59,545 bases of DNA from Candidatus Omnitrophota bacterium (GTDB lineage Bacteria; Omnitrophota; Gorgyraeia; Duberdicusellales; 4484-171). The notes under the pieces were generated by a model, which was given only the letters and a program-made list of their open reading frames with translations, ran no database searches and was not told where the DNA came from. The DNA lies in NCBI GenBank assembly GCA_024231025.1, contig JAAEQW010000309.1, positions 1 through 59,545 of the forward strand, written 5' to 3'. Shown here piece by piece: positions 21,438 through 30,062 of this stretch; the first letter of the stretch is position 1, and every line of letters begins with the position of its first letter. Position numbers and translations under genes: made by a program.

Positions 21438-22517
21438 ATGAAAACAAAAATAAAACGATGCAAGCGTTGTGGCCTTGTGGAAACTTTTCCTGGAGTCGAT
21501 TTCAATAACGACCAGATCTGTAATTATTGTGCGTATTACGATTTGTATAAGGAACGTCATAATCTTATCAAAGCAGAGTTAAAAAATAAGTTCTCTAAAA
21601 TTATTCACAAGACAAAACAAAATAAAAATAAATACGACTGTATTGTTGCTTATAGCGGAGGTAAAGACAGTACTTTTCTTCTTAATTTTCTTAAGACAGA
21701 GTTTAAATTAAATATTTTGGCTCATGTTTTAGATAATAATTTTATCTCTCCATCTGCATTTAAAAATATTGATAAAGTAACGAAGGCTTTAGGTGTTGAT
21801 TGCGTAACAACAAAGCTGGACAAACAATTGTCATACGATGCTTTTACCTATGCTCTAAAAGGAAAAATCCCTTACCCTAAAGAAATCCTAGCTTTAACTA
21901 GCCCGGTTTGTGGCGTATGTATTGGTATGGTTTTAGGAAGCACCTTCAATTTAGCCATAAAACACAAGATACCAATTATGTTTATTGGCTTTACTCCGGG
22001 GCAATACCCGGCAATAAGTTTGGAAAACTTTCTTAAAGTTGAGTCGTGCATATTTACTTCGGATAAGGTGCATCGCGATGACCCGCTCGATGTACTTAAA
22101 ATATTGGCTGATCCAATTTGTGAAAAATTTGGCGATAAAGCGAGTAAATACTACTTTCGAAGTCAATATCACCATAAGGGGCTAAAAGTTCCCAGAGTGC
22201 TCTTTCCATTTCATGCATTTCTTGATTATGACGAAAAAGAAATTATTGCTGAAATTTCCAAGCTTGGTTGGGAAAGACCAAAAGATACCGACCCATGTTC
22301 TACCAACTGTTTGCTAAATGCTGTGGGAAATTACGCCTCAATGAAGCAACTTAATTATCATCCTTATATTGGCGAATTAGCTCATTTAGTTAGAGAGGGC
22401 AAAATAACGAAAGCAGAGGCATTATTAAGTGAAAAGATTGACGAAAATTCACACCCTTTGGAATACTCTTTAAAACGCTTGAAGTTAACAAAAGAGATGA
22501 TTGGTGGATCGTTATGA
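21438..22517 (+). CDS. PP-loop ATPase (N-acetyl sugar amidotransferase-like, adenine nucleotide alpha hydrolase superfamily)
   Basis: N-terminal CKRC..CNYC; YSGGKDS PP-loop; CGVC; STNCLLN. Confidence 0.75.
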   Translation: MKTKIKRCKRCGLVETFPGVDFNNDQICNYCAYYDLYKERHNLIKAELKNKFSKIIHKTKQNKNKYDCIVAYSGGKDSTFLLNFLKTEFKLNILAHVLDNNFISPSAFKNIDKVTKALGVDCVTTKLDKQLSYDAFTYALKGKIPYPKEILALTSPVCGVCIGMVLGSTFNLAIKHKIPIMFIGFTPGQYPAISLENFLKVESCIFTSDKVHRDDPLDVLKILADPICEKFGDKASKYYFRSQYHHKGLKVPRVLFPFHAFLDYDEKEIIAEISKLGWERPKDTDPCSTNCLLNAVGNYASMKQLNYHPYIGELAHLVREGKITKAEALLSEKIDENSHPLEYSLKRLKLTKEMIGGSL

Positions 22518-24148
22518 GGAATAAAGCTAATTTTCCTTGGTCTGACGTGAAAAATTTTCAAAAAGTACTAGCGGTTACTGGTCAGATTTTGGAAAATATT
22601 GACCCCGAATACTTTATTTCACCATATTCTGTAATACCTGTTATTTCGCAAATATTAGGGCTAAATACTCCGGATATGGGTGGTGGTAAATCAATCTACT
22701 CGATAACCTCAATTGTGTTTGAGCTGACAAATAAAAAAGAGCTTTTTGTCGAGCTTTTTGAAATTTCTCTGGATGAAAAACGAAAAATAATTGATGAAAT
22801 GTATGAAATGATTGCGCCAATCTTGTTGTCGGAGGAGGCTGAGTACATAGATTTATTAATAAAGGCCCGATATAAAAATGACTTGAATGATAATGCGGTA
22901 TTGATTAATGTTTTTCAAGAAGATACTAATAAAAAATTGCATATATTTGAAAAATTTGTTAAACGATTTAACACTAAAAAAGGAGATTTCGGTTATATTG
23001 TTCATTATGGTTCTTCCGGTGATTTGTATAGAGAATATCCTTTTTTAGAGAAAGTACCAGGATCTGTAGCTACAGAATGGAGAGAAAGCTCTTTTCCTGT
23101 TGTTAATGAAGTTGTTTTTGCTAATTTTCCTTCAAGTGATTTACAAACGAAAAAAACGATACGCGGTTGGGTTATTTTTATAACTAATGACACTAAAGAA
23201 CTTTTAGGAAGCTATAAACTGCGAAAAAATAAAATTATAAAAGCTGCAAAACTAGCAAAAATACTTGGGAGTAAAATAATTGGTATGGGGGGGCTGATTG
23301 CTTCTTTTGCCCAAGGAGGGCATTTTCTATCTAAAAAAATTCCCGATGTCGGCTTTACAACCGGTCACGCCTACACTATCGGTAATATTATTGAAATGAT
23401 GATAAATTGCGCAAAGAAAGTGGAATTAAGCATCGAAAATGCAACGGTTGCGGTGGTTGGAGCTGCTGGTTCTATTGGTTCAGGGTGTGCATCTCTATTA
23501 GTTTACGAAGACCCAAAAAAAATTATATTGATTGATCGAAACTCTTTTGGTGGGCGTAATAAGTTAGTTGATTTGAGCAAAATTATGAAGAACAAAAATT
23601 CCAAAATTGATATCATGGTATCTGATTCTTTAGCAGCACTAAATCAAGCTGATATTGTAATTGTTGCAACCAATTCACCCACAGCAATTATATCGTCAAA
23701 ACATTTAAAACCCGGTGCAATTGTGATCGATGACTCGTTTCCTAAAAATGTTCCCAAATCAATCATAAAAGAACGTAAAGATATAATTTTATTAGAGGGG
23801 GGAATCATGCAGTTACCCTTTTCTTTAGATATGTTTTTTGCAAGGAATATGCCAGATTTGATGGATGCCCCCTTAATTAGGATCATTAGTTGCAAGGAAA
23901 CCTACGGATGCTTTGCGGAAATTCTAGTTTTAGCATTGTCAGGGCACAAAACTAATTACGGATTAGGGCAATCGTCTCCATTTCTGGCAAAGAGAATTTT
24001 GAAAATAGCTAAAAAATTAGGGTTTATGAATGCGCCATTGCAATGCTTTAATAAGGCGACAGAAAAAGAGAGAATGTTTATAGTGAAGGAGGCAATAAAA
24101 GAAGATGGATATGCTAAAACGTATAAGGGAACGCACAGCCATACGTAA
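22514..24148 (+). CDS. Acyl-ACP reductase-like protein (aldehyde-forming family) with ~155-aa N-terminal extension
   Basis: FGYIVH, FTTGHAYT, ATVAVVGAAGSIGS, IDDSFPKN, EGG, YGCFAE; these follow the order of cyanobacterial AAR motifs, including the catalytic Cys. Confidence 0.7.
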   Translation: MRNKANFPWSDVKNFQKVLAVTGQILENIDPEYFISPYSVIPVISQILGLNTPDMGGGKSIYSITSIVFELTNKKELFVELFEISLDEKRKIIDEMYEMIAPILLSEEAEYIDLLIKARYKNDLNDNAVLINVFQEDTNKKLHIFEKFVKRFNTKKGDFGYIVHYGSSGDLYREYPFLEKVPGSVATEWRESSFPVVNEVVFANFPSSDLQTKKTIRGWVIFITNDTKELLGSYKLRKNKIIKAAKLAKILGSKIIGMGGLIASFAQGGHFLSKKIPDVGFTTGHAYTIGNIIEMMINCAKKVELSIENATVAVVGAAGSIGSGCASLLVYEDPKKIILIDRNSFGGRNKLVDLSKIMKNKNSKIDIMVSDSLAALNQADIVIVATNSPTAIISSKHLKPGAIVIDDSFPKNVPKSIIKERKDIILLEGGIMQLPFSLDMFFARNMPDLMDAPLIRIISCKETYGCFAEILVLALSGHKTNYGLGQSSPFLAKRILKIAKKLGFMNAPLQCFNKATEKERMFIVKEAIKEDGYAKTYKGTHSHT

Positions 24149-24692
24149 GTATTGCGACAAAATGGTCCCCAAGGAAATCATCGACCAAATTATACAGGCT
24201 GGAATTTGGGGTCCATCATTGATGGGTCCTGGTTTTCAACCATGGAAAATTGTTGTTGTTAAGGGTAAAGGTAATATAGAAAAAATTAACAAAATAATTA
24301 CAGAGGAATTGTGTATGCCTGGAGTTGGCAAAAATTTAATCCTCCGTACTACAATAGGTGTAATTTCAAGCGCACCGGTTGTATTTTTTGTTTATAGCGA
24401 TTCAGCCGTAATTAATTTTGTGAAAAGGCTGGATGATGGATATGAGAGTTTTGCTGATATGGCGGAAGTGTCTGCTATTTCAGCTGCAATTCAAAATATG
24501 ATACTCGTTGCAGACAGTTTAGGAGTAGGTTCATGTTGGTTAGATGCTCCTTTATTCTGTCAAAAAGAAATTAATAATTTTTTTAATACAAACCAGAAAT
24601 TAATTGCTGTTCTAACTCTAGGCTATTCTGTTAAAAAAAGTAGTCGTTCACCGCGAAAACCAATAGGCGAATCTGTGGTGTACTTTGATTGA
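24105..24692 (+). CDS. Nitroreductase-family flavoprotein
   Basis: R.R.AIRKY, GPS..QPW, AIQNMIL.A.SLGVGSCW, LGY. Confidence 0.88.
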   Translation: MDMLKRIRERTAIRKYCDKMVPKEIIDQIIQAGIWGPSLMGPGFQPWKIVVVKGKGNIEKINKIITEELCMPGVGKNLILRTTIGVISSAPVVFFVYSDSAVINFVKRLDDGYESFADMAEVSAISAAIQNMILVADSLGVGSCWLDAPLFCQKEINNFFNTNQKLIAVLTLGYSVKKSSRSPRKPIGESVVYFD

Positions 24693-26109
24693 TATGGATA
24701 ATAAATGTGACGTTGTTGTGATTGGTGCTGGAATTGGTGGGTTAACCGCTGGTTGTTATATGGCAAAATATGGTTTAAGGGTAAGTGTAATTGAACAGCA
24801 TGACAAACCGGGTGGATATTGCTCATCTTTCAGTAAAAATGGTTATCATTTTGATGCTGGAGCGCATTCGCTTGGATCTATGCGTAATGAAGGAGTAATA
24901 TCAAATGTATTGAATGATTTAGGAGTTTTAAAAAAATTTAAATACATAACTAGCGATATAACCGATAGGGTCATAATGCCAGATGAAACTGTATATGTAT
25001 ACAGAGATTCGGCAAGAACCATAAATGAGCTCAAATCATTTTTTCCAAAAGAAAGTAAGAATATTGATAACTTTTTTAAGTTTGTCCTAGAAAGCAAGTT
25101 GTTAACGCTAGTTTCAAAAACGAAATCATTAACATTTGGTGAGCTATTAAATGATTTTTTTACGGAAAAAAAACTGAAGTCAATATTGTCTGTTTTTATG
25201 GGTAATTTAGGCCTACCTCCTTCCAGAGCGTCAGCATTGGCTAGTGTAACATTATTTAAAGAGTTTGTTTTTGATGGCGGATATTACCCTAAAGGGGGTA
25301 TGCAGGAATTTGCTAACTTATTGACAAAAACTTTTGTTGATTATGGTGGAAAAATAACGCTATCCACTAAGGTTGTGGAAATTATGACTGAGAGGAATAG
25401 AGCTGTCGGGGTACGGACTAATCATAATGATCATATTAAATCTAAAGTTGTTTTGTCTAATGCCGATGCGACGACTACTCTCAATAAGATGGTAAAAAAT
25501 ACATCTTCAAAATTAACGTTTCGGAGATTACAGCCATCGATTTCAGCATTTGCGGTTTATTTAGGTATCAACGATCGATTAAAAGACGTCCCAAGGCACT
25601 TAACAACATGGTTTTTTTCGACATATGATATAGACAAATGCTATAGTCCGCAACCACACATCGCTGACATTGATTACTTAATTTGCAGTCTTCCATCGTT
25701 GGTCGATGACTCTATCGCTCCGAAAGAAAAAAATGCAATACGAATAATGATTGCTGCTAATTATGAAACGACTGATACATGGAATGCTAGAAAAGACTTT
25801 GTATCGTCAAAGCTATTAAAAAAATTAAACAATCTAATTCCGAATGTGATAAACTGTATAGAAGTAAAGGAAATCGCTACCCCTTGTGCATTTGCCAAGA
25901 TTACATCAAATAGGTCTGGAGCACTTTTTGGGTGGGCTGCAACTAAAGATCAGATTGATATGTGTCACTGTCCATCTGATACTCGATTTAAAAATTTATA
26001 CCTAACGGGTCACTGGGTTACCAAGGGTGTTGGGCAGTCAAGCATTCCTCTTGTTATTCTTTGTGGGAAAAATGCCGCTAAAAAAATTATAAGAAATATA
26101 AAGTCATGA
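24685..26109 (+). CDS. Phytoene desaturase (CrtI)/retinol saturase-like FAD oxidoreductase
   Basis: DVVVIGAGIGGL, EQ...PGG, G..FD.G, YPKGG, E.ATP, NLYL.G. Confidence 0.85.
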   Translation: MIDMDNKCDVVVIGAGIGGLTAGCYMAKYGLRVSVIEQHDKPGGYCSSFSKNGYHFDAGAHSLGSMRNEGVISNVLNDLGVLKKFKYITSDITDRVIMPDETVYVYRDSARTINELKSFFPKESKNIDNFFKFVLESKLLTLVSKTKSLTFGELLNDFFTEKKLKSILSVFMGNLGLPPSRASALASVTLFKEFVFDGGYYPKGGMQEFANLLTKTFVDYGGKITLSTKVVEIMTERNRAVGVRTNHNDHIKSKVVLSNADATTTLNKMVKNTSSKLTFRRLQPSISAFAVYLGINDRLKDVPRHLTTWFFSTYDIDKCYSPQPHIADIDYLICSLPSLVDDSIAPKEKNAIRIMIAANYETTDTWNARKDFVSSKLLKKLNNLIPNVINCIEVKEIATPCAFAKITSNRSGALFGWAATKDQIDMCHCPSDTRFKNLYLTGHWVTKGVGQSSIPLVILCGKNAAKKIIRNIKS

Positions 26110-28217
26110 ATATACTCAGTATTTTAGGCACAGTAACTGCAATAACGAATTTTGGTATATCTATTTTTGTACTTTTCCGTTTAAAAAATAGTACTCATGT
26201 GCGTGTATTTGCGGCTATTGCGCTGGCAAGTGGTGTATGGGGATTAGCCGGTGCAGTTTTCTCGACTATACCAAAGGAATCACATGATTTGGCTATGTTT
26301 TGGTGGCAAGTTGGGTACACTGGAGCGATACTTACAGTTCCGTTTTTTTTACATTTTATTGCTTCTTATTTGAAATTGGACAACCAAAAAAATGTCATAA
26401 GAATAGTTTATTTTTTATCTTTTCTCTTTTTATTTTTTAATTGGTTTGATAGGTCGAGTTTGTTTATTGGTGATTTACAATTTGTATTCGGTAAATTTTA
26501 TTGGGGGGATTGGTTTAAGCGCAGAGGCGTAATTTGGTTGATTTTTTACATAGGTTTTTATTGGATAATATTGGGTTATTCTTTTATTTTGCTGGTTAGG
26601 GGGTATTTGAAGTCGACAGGAATGTTGAGAAATCAGCTTAAATATTTCATGCTCGGGTCAATTATAGGATGGTTAGGGGCAGAATTTCAATATTTACCAA
26701 CATTACGAATTTACATTTTTCCTTACTCTATGCTTCTTATAGGTGTATATCCAGCCATATGGGCTTATGCAATCATAAAGTATCACCTTATGGACATCCG
26801 AGTTGCAATTACTCGTGCCGGAATATTTTTAACTATTTACACAATTGTTATTGGCCTGCCTCTGTGGTTTACATATCAATTCGGAGGGCATTTTTGGGCG
26901 GTATTGTCGATGGCGATATTAGCATTGGCGGGACCATTTATTTACGATCATCTTCGTCAACGAGTTGAACGAATTCTTTTGCGCAGGCAAATGGAACACC
27001 AGCTCGCCATTCGTGAGTTTGCCGAAGCATTAACAAAGATAAAACAGCTAAATATGATTTTCAGTAAAATTAAATTAAAAATGGAGGAGATTGTAGGACC
27101 TGAATTTATTGGAATATACACATTTTCTAGAACAACCAATGCCTACACATTAAAAGAAGAGCATTCAACGGCGGATTACAAACTTAATCGCGTAATTAAA
27201 AAAGATTCATCACTAGCGCGAGTTTTTAACGAACTTCGCCAACCAATATTTTCTGAACTTTGTGATGATAAGTGCCTTGGTGATGCCGCTCACGAAACAA
27301 TGATTATCCCGTTTTATGCCGAAGGTAGCTTGTTTGGATTCATTGTCCTTGGTCCGAAAATGGAAAATAATCCCTATACGCTAGATATATATGTTCAACA
27401 AGACGTTGGTATTTTTGAAATACTTTCCAGTCAGATATCACTAGCAGTGGAGAACTGTCTTTTCTGGAGAAGTGAAAAAATTCGTGCCATGAAGGAGGAG
27501 CAAATCCGTCGTCAAAAAGCAATGGATCACTTTTCTGCATCACTGGCCCATGAGGTTGATAATCCAATCTTTACCGTACAATGCACTGCTGAGCTTCTAA
27601 AGGAAACTTTGGTGGAAGAGTGTTCCCAGCACCTCCAACAAGAAAAACTAACGCCACTAACCGGTGAATTAGATAACATTATAACGAGTATTAAGCGTAT
27701 TTCGCGCATTGTGAAATCAGTGCGGGAATTTTCGGCCCAGACTGATGGTGAGTTTACAGAAATATCGATGAATGATGTGGCTTATAGCTTTACAAGCATC
27801 TTAGGGCCGCAAGCTAAGTATGACGGTATAATATTTGAAAAGCATATTGAAAGCGATATATTTGTGAATGGGAATAAAATCCATTTGGTTGAAATTTTTA
27901 TGAATTTGGCAGTAAACGCGTTGCATGCGGTAAAGAATCATACTGGTAATGATAAAAAAATTATCTTCTCTATCGCTAAAACAGATAAAGACAAATGCTT
28001 AATAAGTCTTGCCGATGATGGCTACGGCATTGACGAAGATTTAGCCGGCGATATATTTTTAGATTTTGTAACAACAAAACCGCCTACTGAAGGAAGTGGA
28101 ATGGGTCTGCCGCGAGTAAAAAATATGGTTGAAAAGCATGGTGGTAAAATTTGGTTTGAGTCAAAAGGAAAAGGAAAGGGTACTACCTTTTTTATTGAAC
28201 TACCACTATTAAATTAA
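26106..28217 (+). CDS. Membrane sensor histidine kinase (multi-TM + GAF-like + HisKA + HATPase)
   Basis: Paralog of 15726..17348 with an added GAF-like block (IIPF...LFGFIVLG.K); LAHEVDNP; DDGYGI; GSGMGL. Confidence 0.9.
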   Translation: MNILSILGTVTAITNFGISIFVLFRLKNSTHVRVFAAIALASGVWGLAGAVFSTIPKESHDLAMFWWQVGYTGAILTVPFFLHFIASYLKLDNQKNVIRIVYFLSFLFLFFNWFDRSSLFIGDLQFVFGKFYWGDWFKRRGVIWLIFYIGFYWIILGYSFILLVRGYLKSTGMLRNQLKYFMLGSIIGWLGAEFQYLPTLRIYIFPYSMLLIGVYPAIWAYAIIKYHLMDIRVAITRAGIFLTIYTIVIGLPLWFTYQFGGHFWAVLSMAILALAGPFIYDHLRQRVERILLRRQMEHQLAIREFAEALTKIKQLNMIFSKIKLKMEEIVGPEFIGIYTFSRTTNAYTLKEEHSTADYKLNRVIKKDSSLARVFNELRQPIFSELCDDKCLGDAAHETMIIPFYAEGSLFGFIVLGPKMENNPYTLDIYVQQDVGIFEILSSQISLAVENCLFWRSEKIRAMKEEQIRRQKAMDHFSASLAHEVDNPIFTVQCTAELLKETLVEECSQHLQQEKLTPLTGELDNIITSIKRISRIVKSVREFSAQTDGEFTEISMNDVAYSFTSILGPQAKYDGIIFEKHIESDIFVNGNKIHLVEIFMNLAVNALHAVKNHTGNDKKIIFSIAKTDKDKCLISLADDGYGIDEDLAGDIFLDFVTTKPPTEGSGMGLPRVKNMVEKHGGKIWFESKGKGKGTTFFIELPLLN

Positions 28218-28223
28218 ATAAAA

Positions 28224-28583
28224 TTAACGGGTTAAGAAACGAGATTTGACTTTTCCTGCCTTAAAAAAAGTTTTCGTAAACTCTTCGGCTTTTTTCTCGT
28301 CATATGGCTTACAAGAAAAAATATTAATGTAGGCGGTTTTCCAATGGTCAGAAAAGTGACCGGTAATTGAGCTGGTTTCAATTAACTGCACAAGCGAATA
28401 ACCTTTAGTAAATTCTTCTTTTTCGCCAAAGTAGGGAATAAGCGTTTCACCGAATTTAACCATTTCAATCAAATCACAGAGTTCGTCAACATATTGCTGT
28501 AGGCTTTCTTTTGAAGAAATCACACTCAGGTCGCAATCAGAGAGATCCATAATTAACTCATAGCCATAATCTTGTGCGCTCAT
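28224..28583 (-). CDS. SpeD-like pyruvoyl-dependent decarboxylase (divergent; substrate uncertain)
   Basis: YG.ELIMDL..C, GYSLVQLIETSSITGHF, YINIFSCK. Confidence 0.75.
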   Translation of the reverse strand: MSAQDYGYELIMDLSDCDLSVISSKESLQQYVDELCDLIEMVKFGETLIPYFGEKEEFTKGYSLVQLIETSSITGHFSDHWKTAYINIFSCKPYDEKKAEEFTKTFFKAGKVKSRFLTR

Positions 28584-29416
28584 CTTAATTCTTCTCCTAT
28601 ATAATTTGGTAATTTAGTGCAGGCAAAATGAATATCGGGATTATAGTATTTTGTTTTCAATTTTAGCTTTGCGTAACGTTGATTGATTGCTTTTTGGGTA
28701 ACTTTTGCGGTATCAATTGTTTTTGAACCAATCGTAAGGCTAAAGAATCCACCAATATACGTTGGAACGGCTATAATTTGCGTTCTAACGATAGGGAAGA
28801 CCTTTTTTAAGGTTTTGGTGCTGTTTTTTAATGTTGTAAGCTGTAAGGTGGCAGAGCCAGTTTGTCTAATCATTAATCCGTTTTTCGTAAGGATGCGATA
28901 AATATCTAGATAAAAATTCTCTGAAAACAACACTTTAGCTGGTCCAATCGGATCAGTAGAATCAACAACAATTACATCAAATTTTTCTTTTGTGTTTTTA
29001 ACAAATTTTGCTCCATCACCGACAACTATTTTTGCTCTTTTGTCGTTAAAGGAGCCCTTGTTAATAGTAGCAAGGTGTTTTTTAGACACCTCAATTACTG
29101 CTTGATCGATCTCAACTAAAGTAACTTTTTTTACCTTATGTTTTAAAACTTCCCTAAGTATTCCGCCGTCGCCAGCACCAATAATTAATACGTTTTGGGG
29201 TTTCGGATGAGATAGTAGTAAAGGGTGAGTTAGCATCTCGTGATATATAAACTCATCTTTTTGAGTCGTTTGAATTACACCGTCTAAGGTTAATACCTTG
29301 CCGTAACGGGAGGTGTGGTAAATTTTCATATCCTGAAAAGGAGTTTTTTCCTCGTGGATAATGTCTCCTTTAACCCCGATTTTTAAATCTGGATAAAGCG
29401 TTTCAAAAAACCACAT
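28580..29416 (-). CDS. speE: Spermidine synthase / polyamine aminopropyltransferase
   Basis: LDGVIQTT..DEFIYHEM, IGAGDGG..RE, VEID, DSTDP.GP. Confidence 0.95.
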   Translation of the reverse strand: MWFFETLYPDLKIGVKGDIIHEEKTPFQDMKIYHTSRYGKVLTLDGVIQTTQKDEFIYHEMLTHPLLLSHPKPQNVLIIGAGDGGILREVLKHKVKKVTLVEIDQAVIEVSKKHLATINKGSFNDKRAKIVVGDGAKFVKNTKEKFDVIVVDSTDPIGPAKVLFSENFYLDIYRILTKNGLMIRQTGSATLQLTTLKNSTKTLKKVFPIVRTQIIAVPTYIGGFFSLTIGSKTIDTAKVTQKAINQRYAKLKLKTKYYNPDIHFACTKLPNYIGEELR

Positions 29417-29790
29417 TAAAAAATGCCTCGCTTATGTTCTACAATTTGAATTTTTTCTGGTTTAAAATCGCGTTTAAGGATGGGGATCGCGTTGTATGGG
29501 TCGACGTTTCCACACACAAATATATCAAAAGCGGCATATTTGTATTCTGGCCAGGTGTGAATGCTTAAGTGTGATTCTTGAATTATGCCAACACCGGAAA
29601 TTCCACCTGATGGTGAAAATTTATGCAGATCAACTTTCAGTAGTGTTGCACCTACTGCGTCTACAGCGTCTCTAAAAGTTTGTTCTATTTTTTCAAGGGA
29701 AGTGAGGTTAATAGCCCCCCAGAGCTCAACTACGAGGTGAACCCCCGCATACTTGATATGACCGTTAGTGGAACAATAGTCTTTTTTCAT
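29416..29790 (-). CDS. speD: S-adenosylmethionine decarboxylase proenzyme
   Basis: G.HL..EL, H.F.P.GGISGV, ESHLSIHTWPE cleavage motif, D.FVCG. Confidence 0.93.
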   Translation of the reverse strand: MKKDYCSTNGHIKYAGVHLVVELWGAINLTSLEKIEQTFRDAVDAVGATLLKVDLHKFSPSGGISGVGIIQESHLSIHTWPEYKYAAFDIFVCGNVDPYNAIPILKRDFKPEKIQIVEHKRGIF

Positions 29791-29824
29791 CCCCCAGTTT
29801 TATATGTCCTTCTTCTACTTGCAT
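29765..29824 (-). other. Putative 19-codon upstream ORF overlapping the speD start (MQVEEGHIKLGDEKRLLFH*)
   Basis: ATG at 29824, TAA at 29767-29765, read directly from the minus strand; first AUG after the predicted promoter. Confidence 0.4.
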
Positions 29825-29845
29825 AAAATGCTCTTATAGTTTGAT

Positions 29846-29874
29846 ATTAAAACAGATTTTCACTGATTTTGCAA
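29846..29874 (-). promoter_or_regulatory. Possible promoter of the speD operon
   Basis: Minus strand TTGCAA-17 nt-TTTAAT. Confidence 0.4.
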
Positions 29875-29992
29875 GTATTTTTTTTATTTTTTTATACGTT
29901 ACTTTTTGAAAAAAGTTACACAACTTACTGAATTTATTAATTTTATCTTAAAAATTCTCATTTATTGACTTCAAAATCCTTTCCAGATTAGT

Positions 29993-30020
29993 TTGACTTT
30001 TATATCCTAGAATGTATAAT
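29993..30020 (+). promoter_or_regulatory. Sigma70-type promoter for the XRE regulator
   Basis: TTGACT-16 nt-TATAAT. Confidence 0.55.
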
Positions 30021-30062
30021 TGGCTATAAGTTACACCACTTTAATGAACATGGTAGCATAAT

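Noticed and set aside
24685-26109. Carotenoid pathway
   Set aside because: No phytoene synthase or prenyltransferase in the window.
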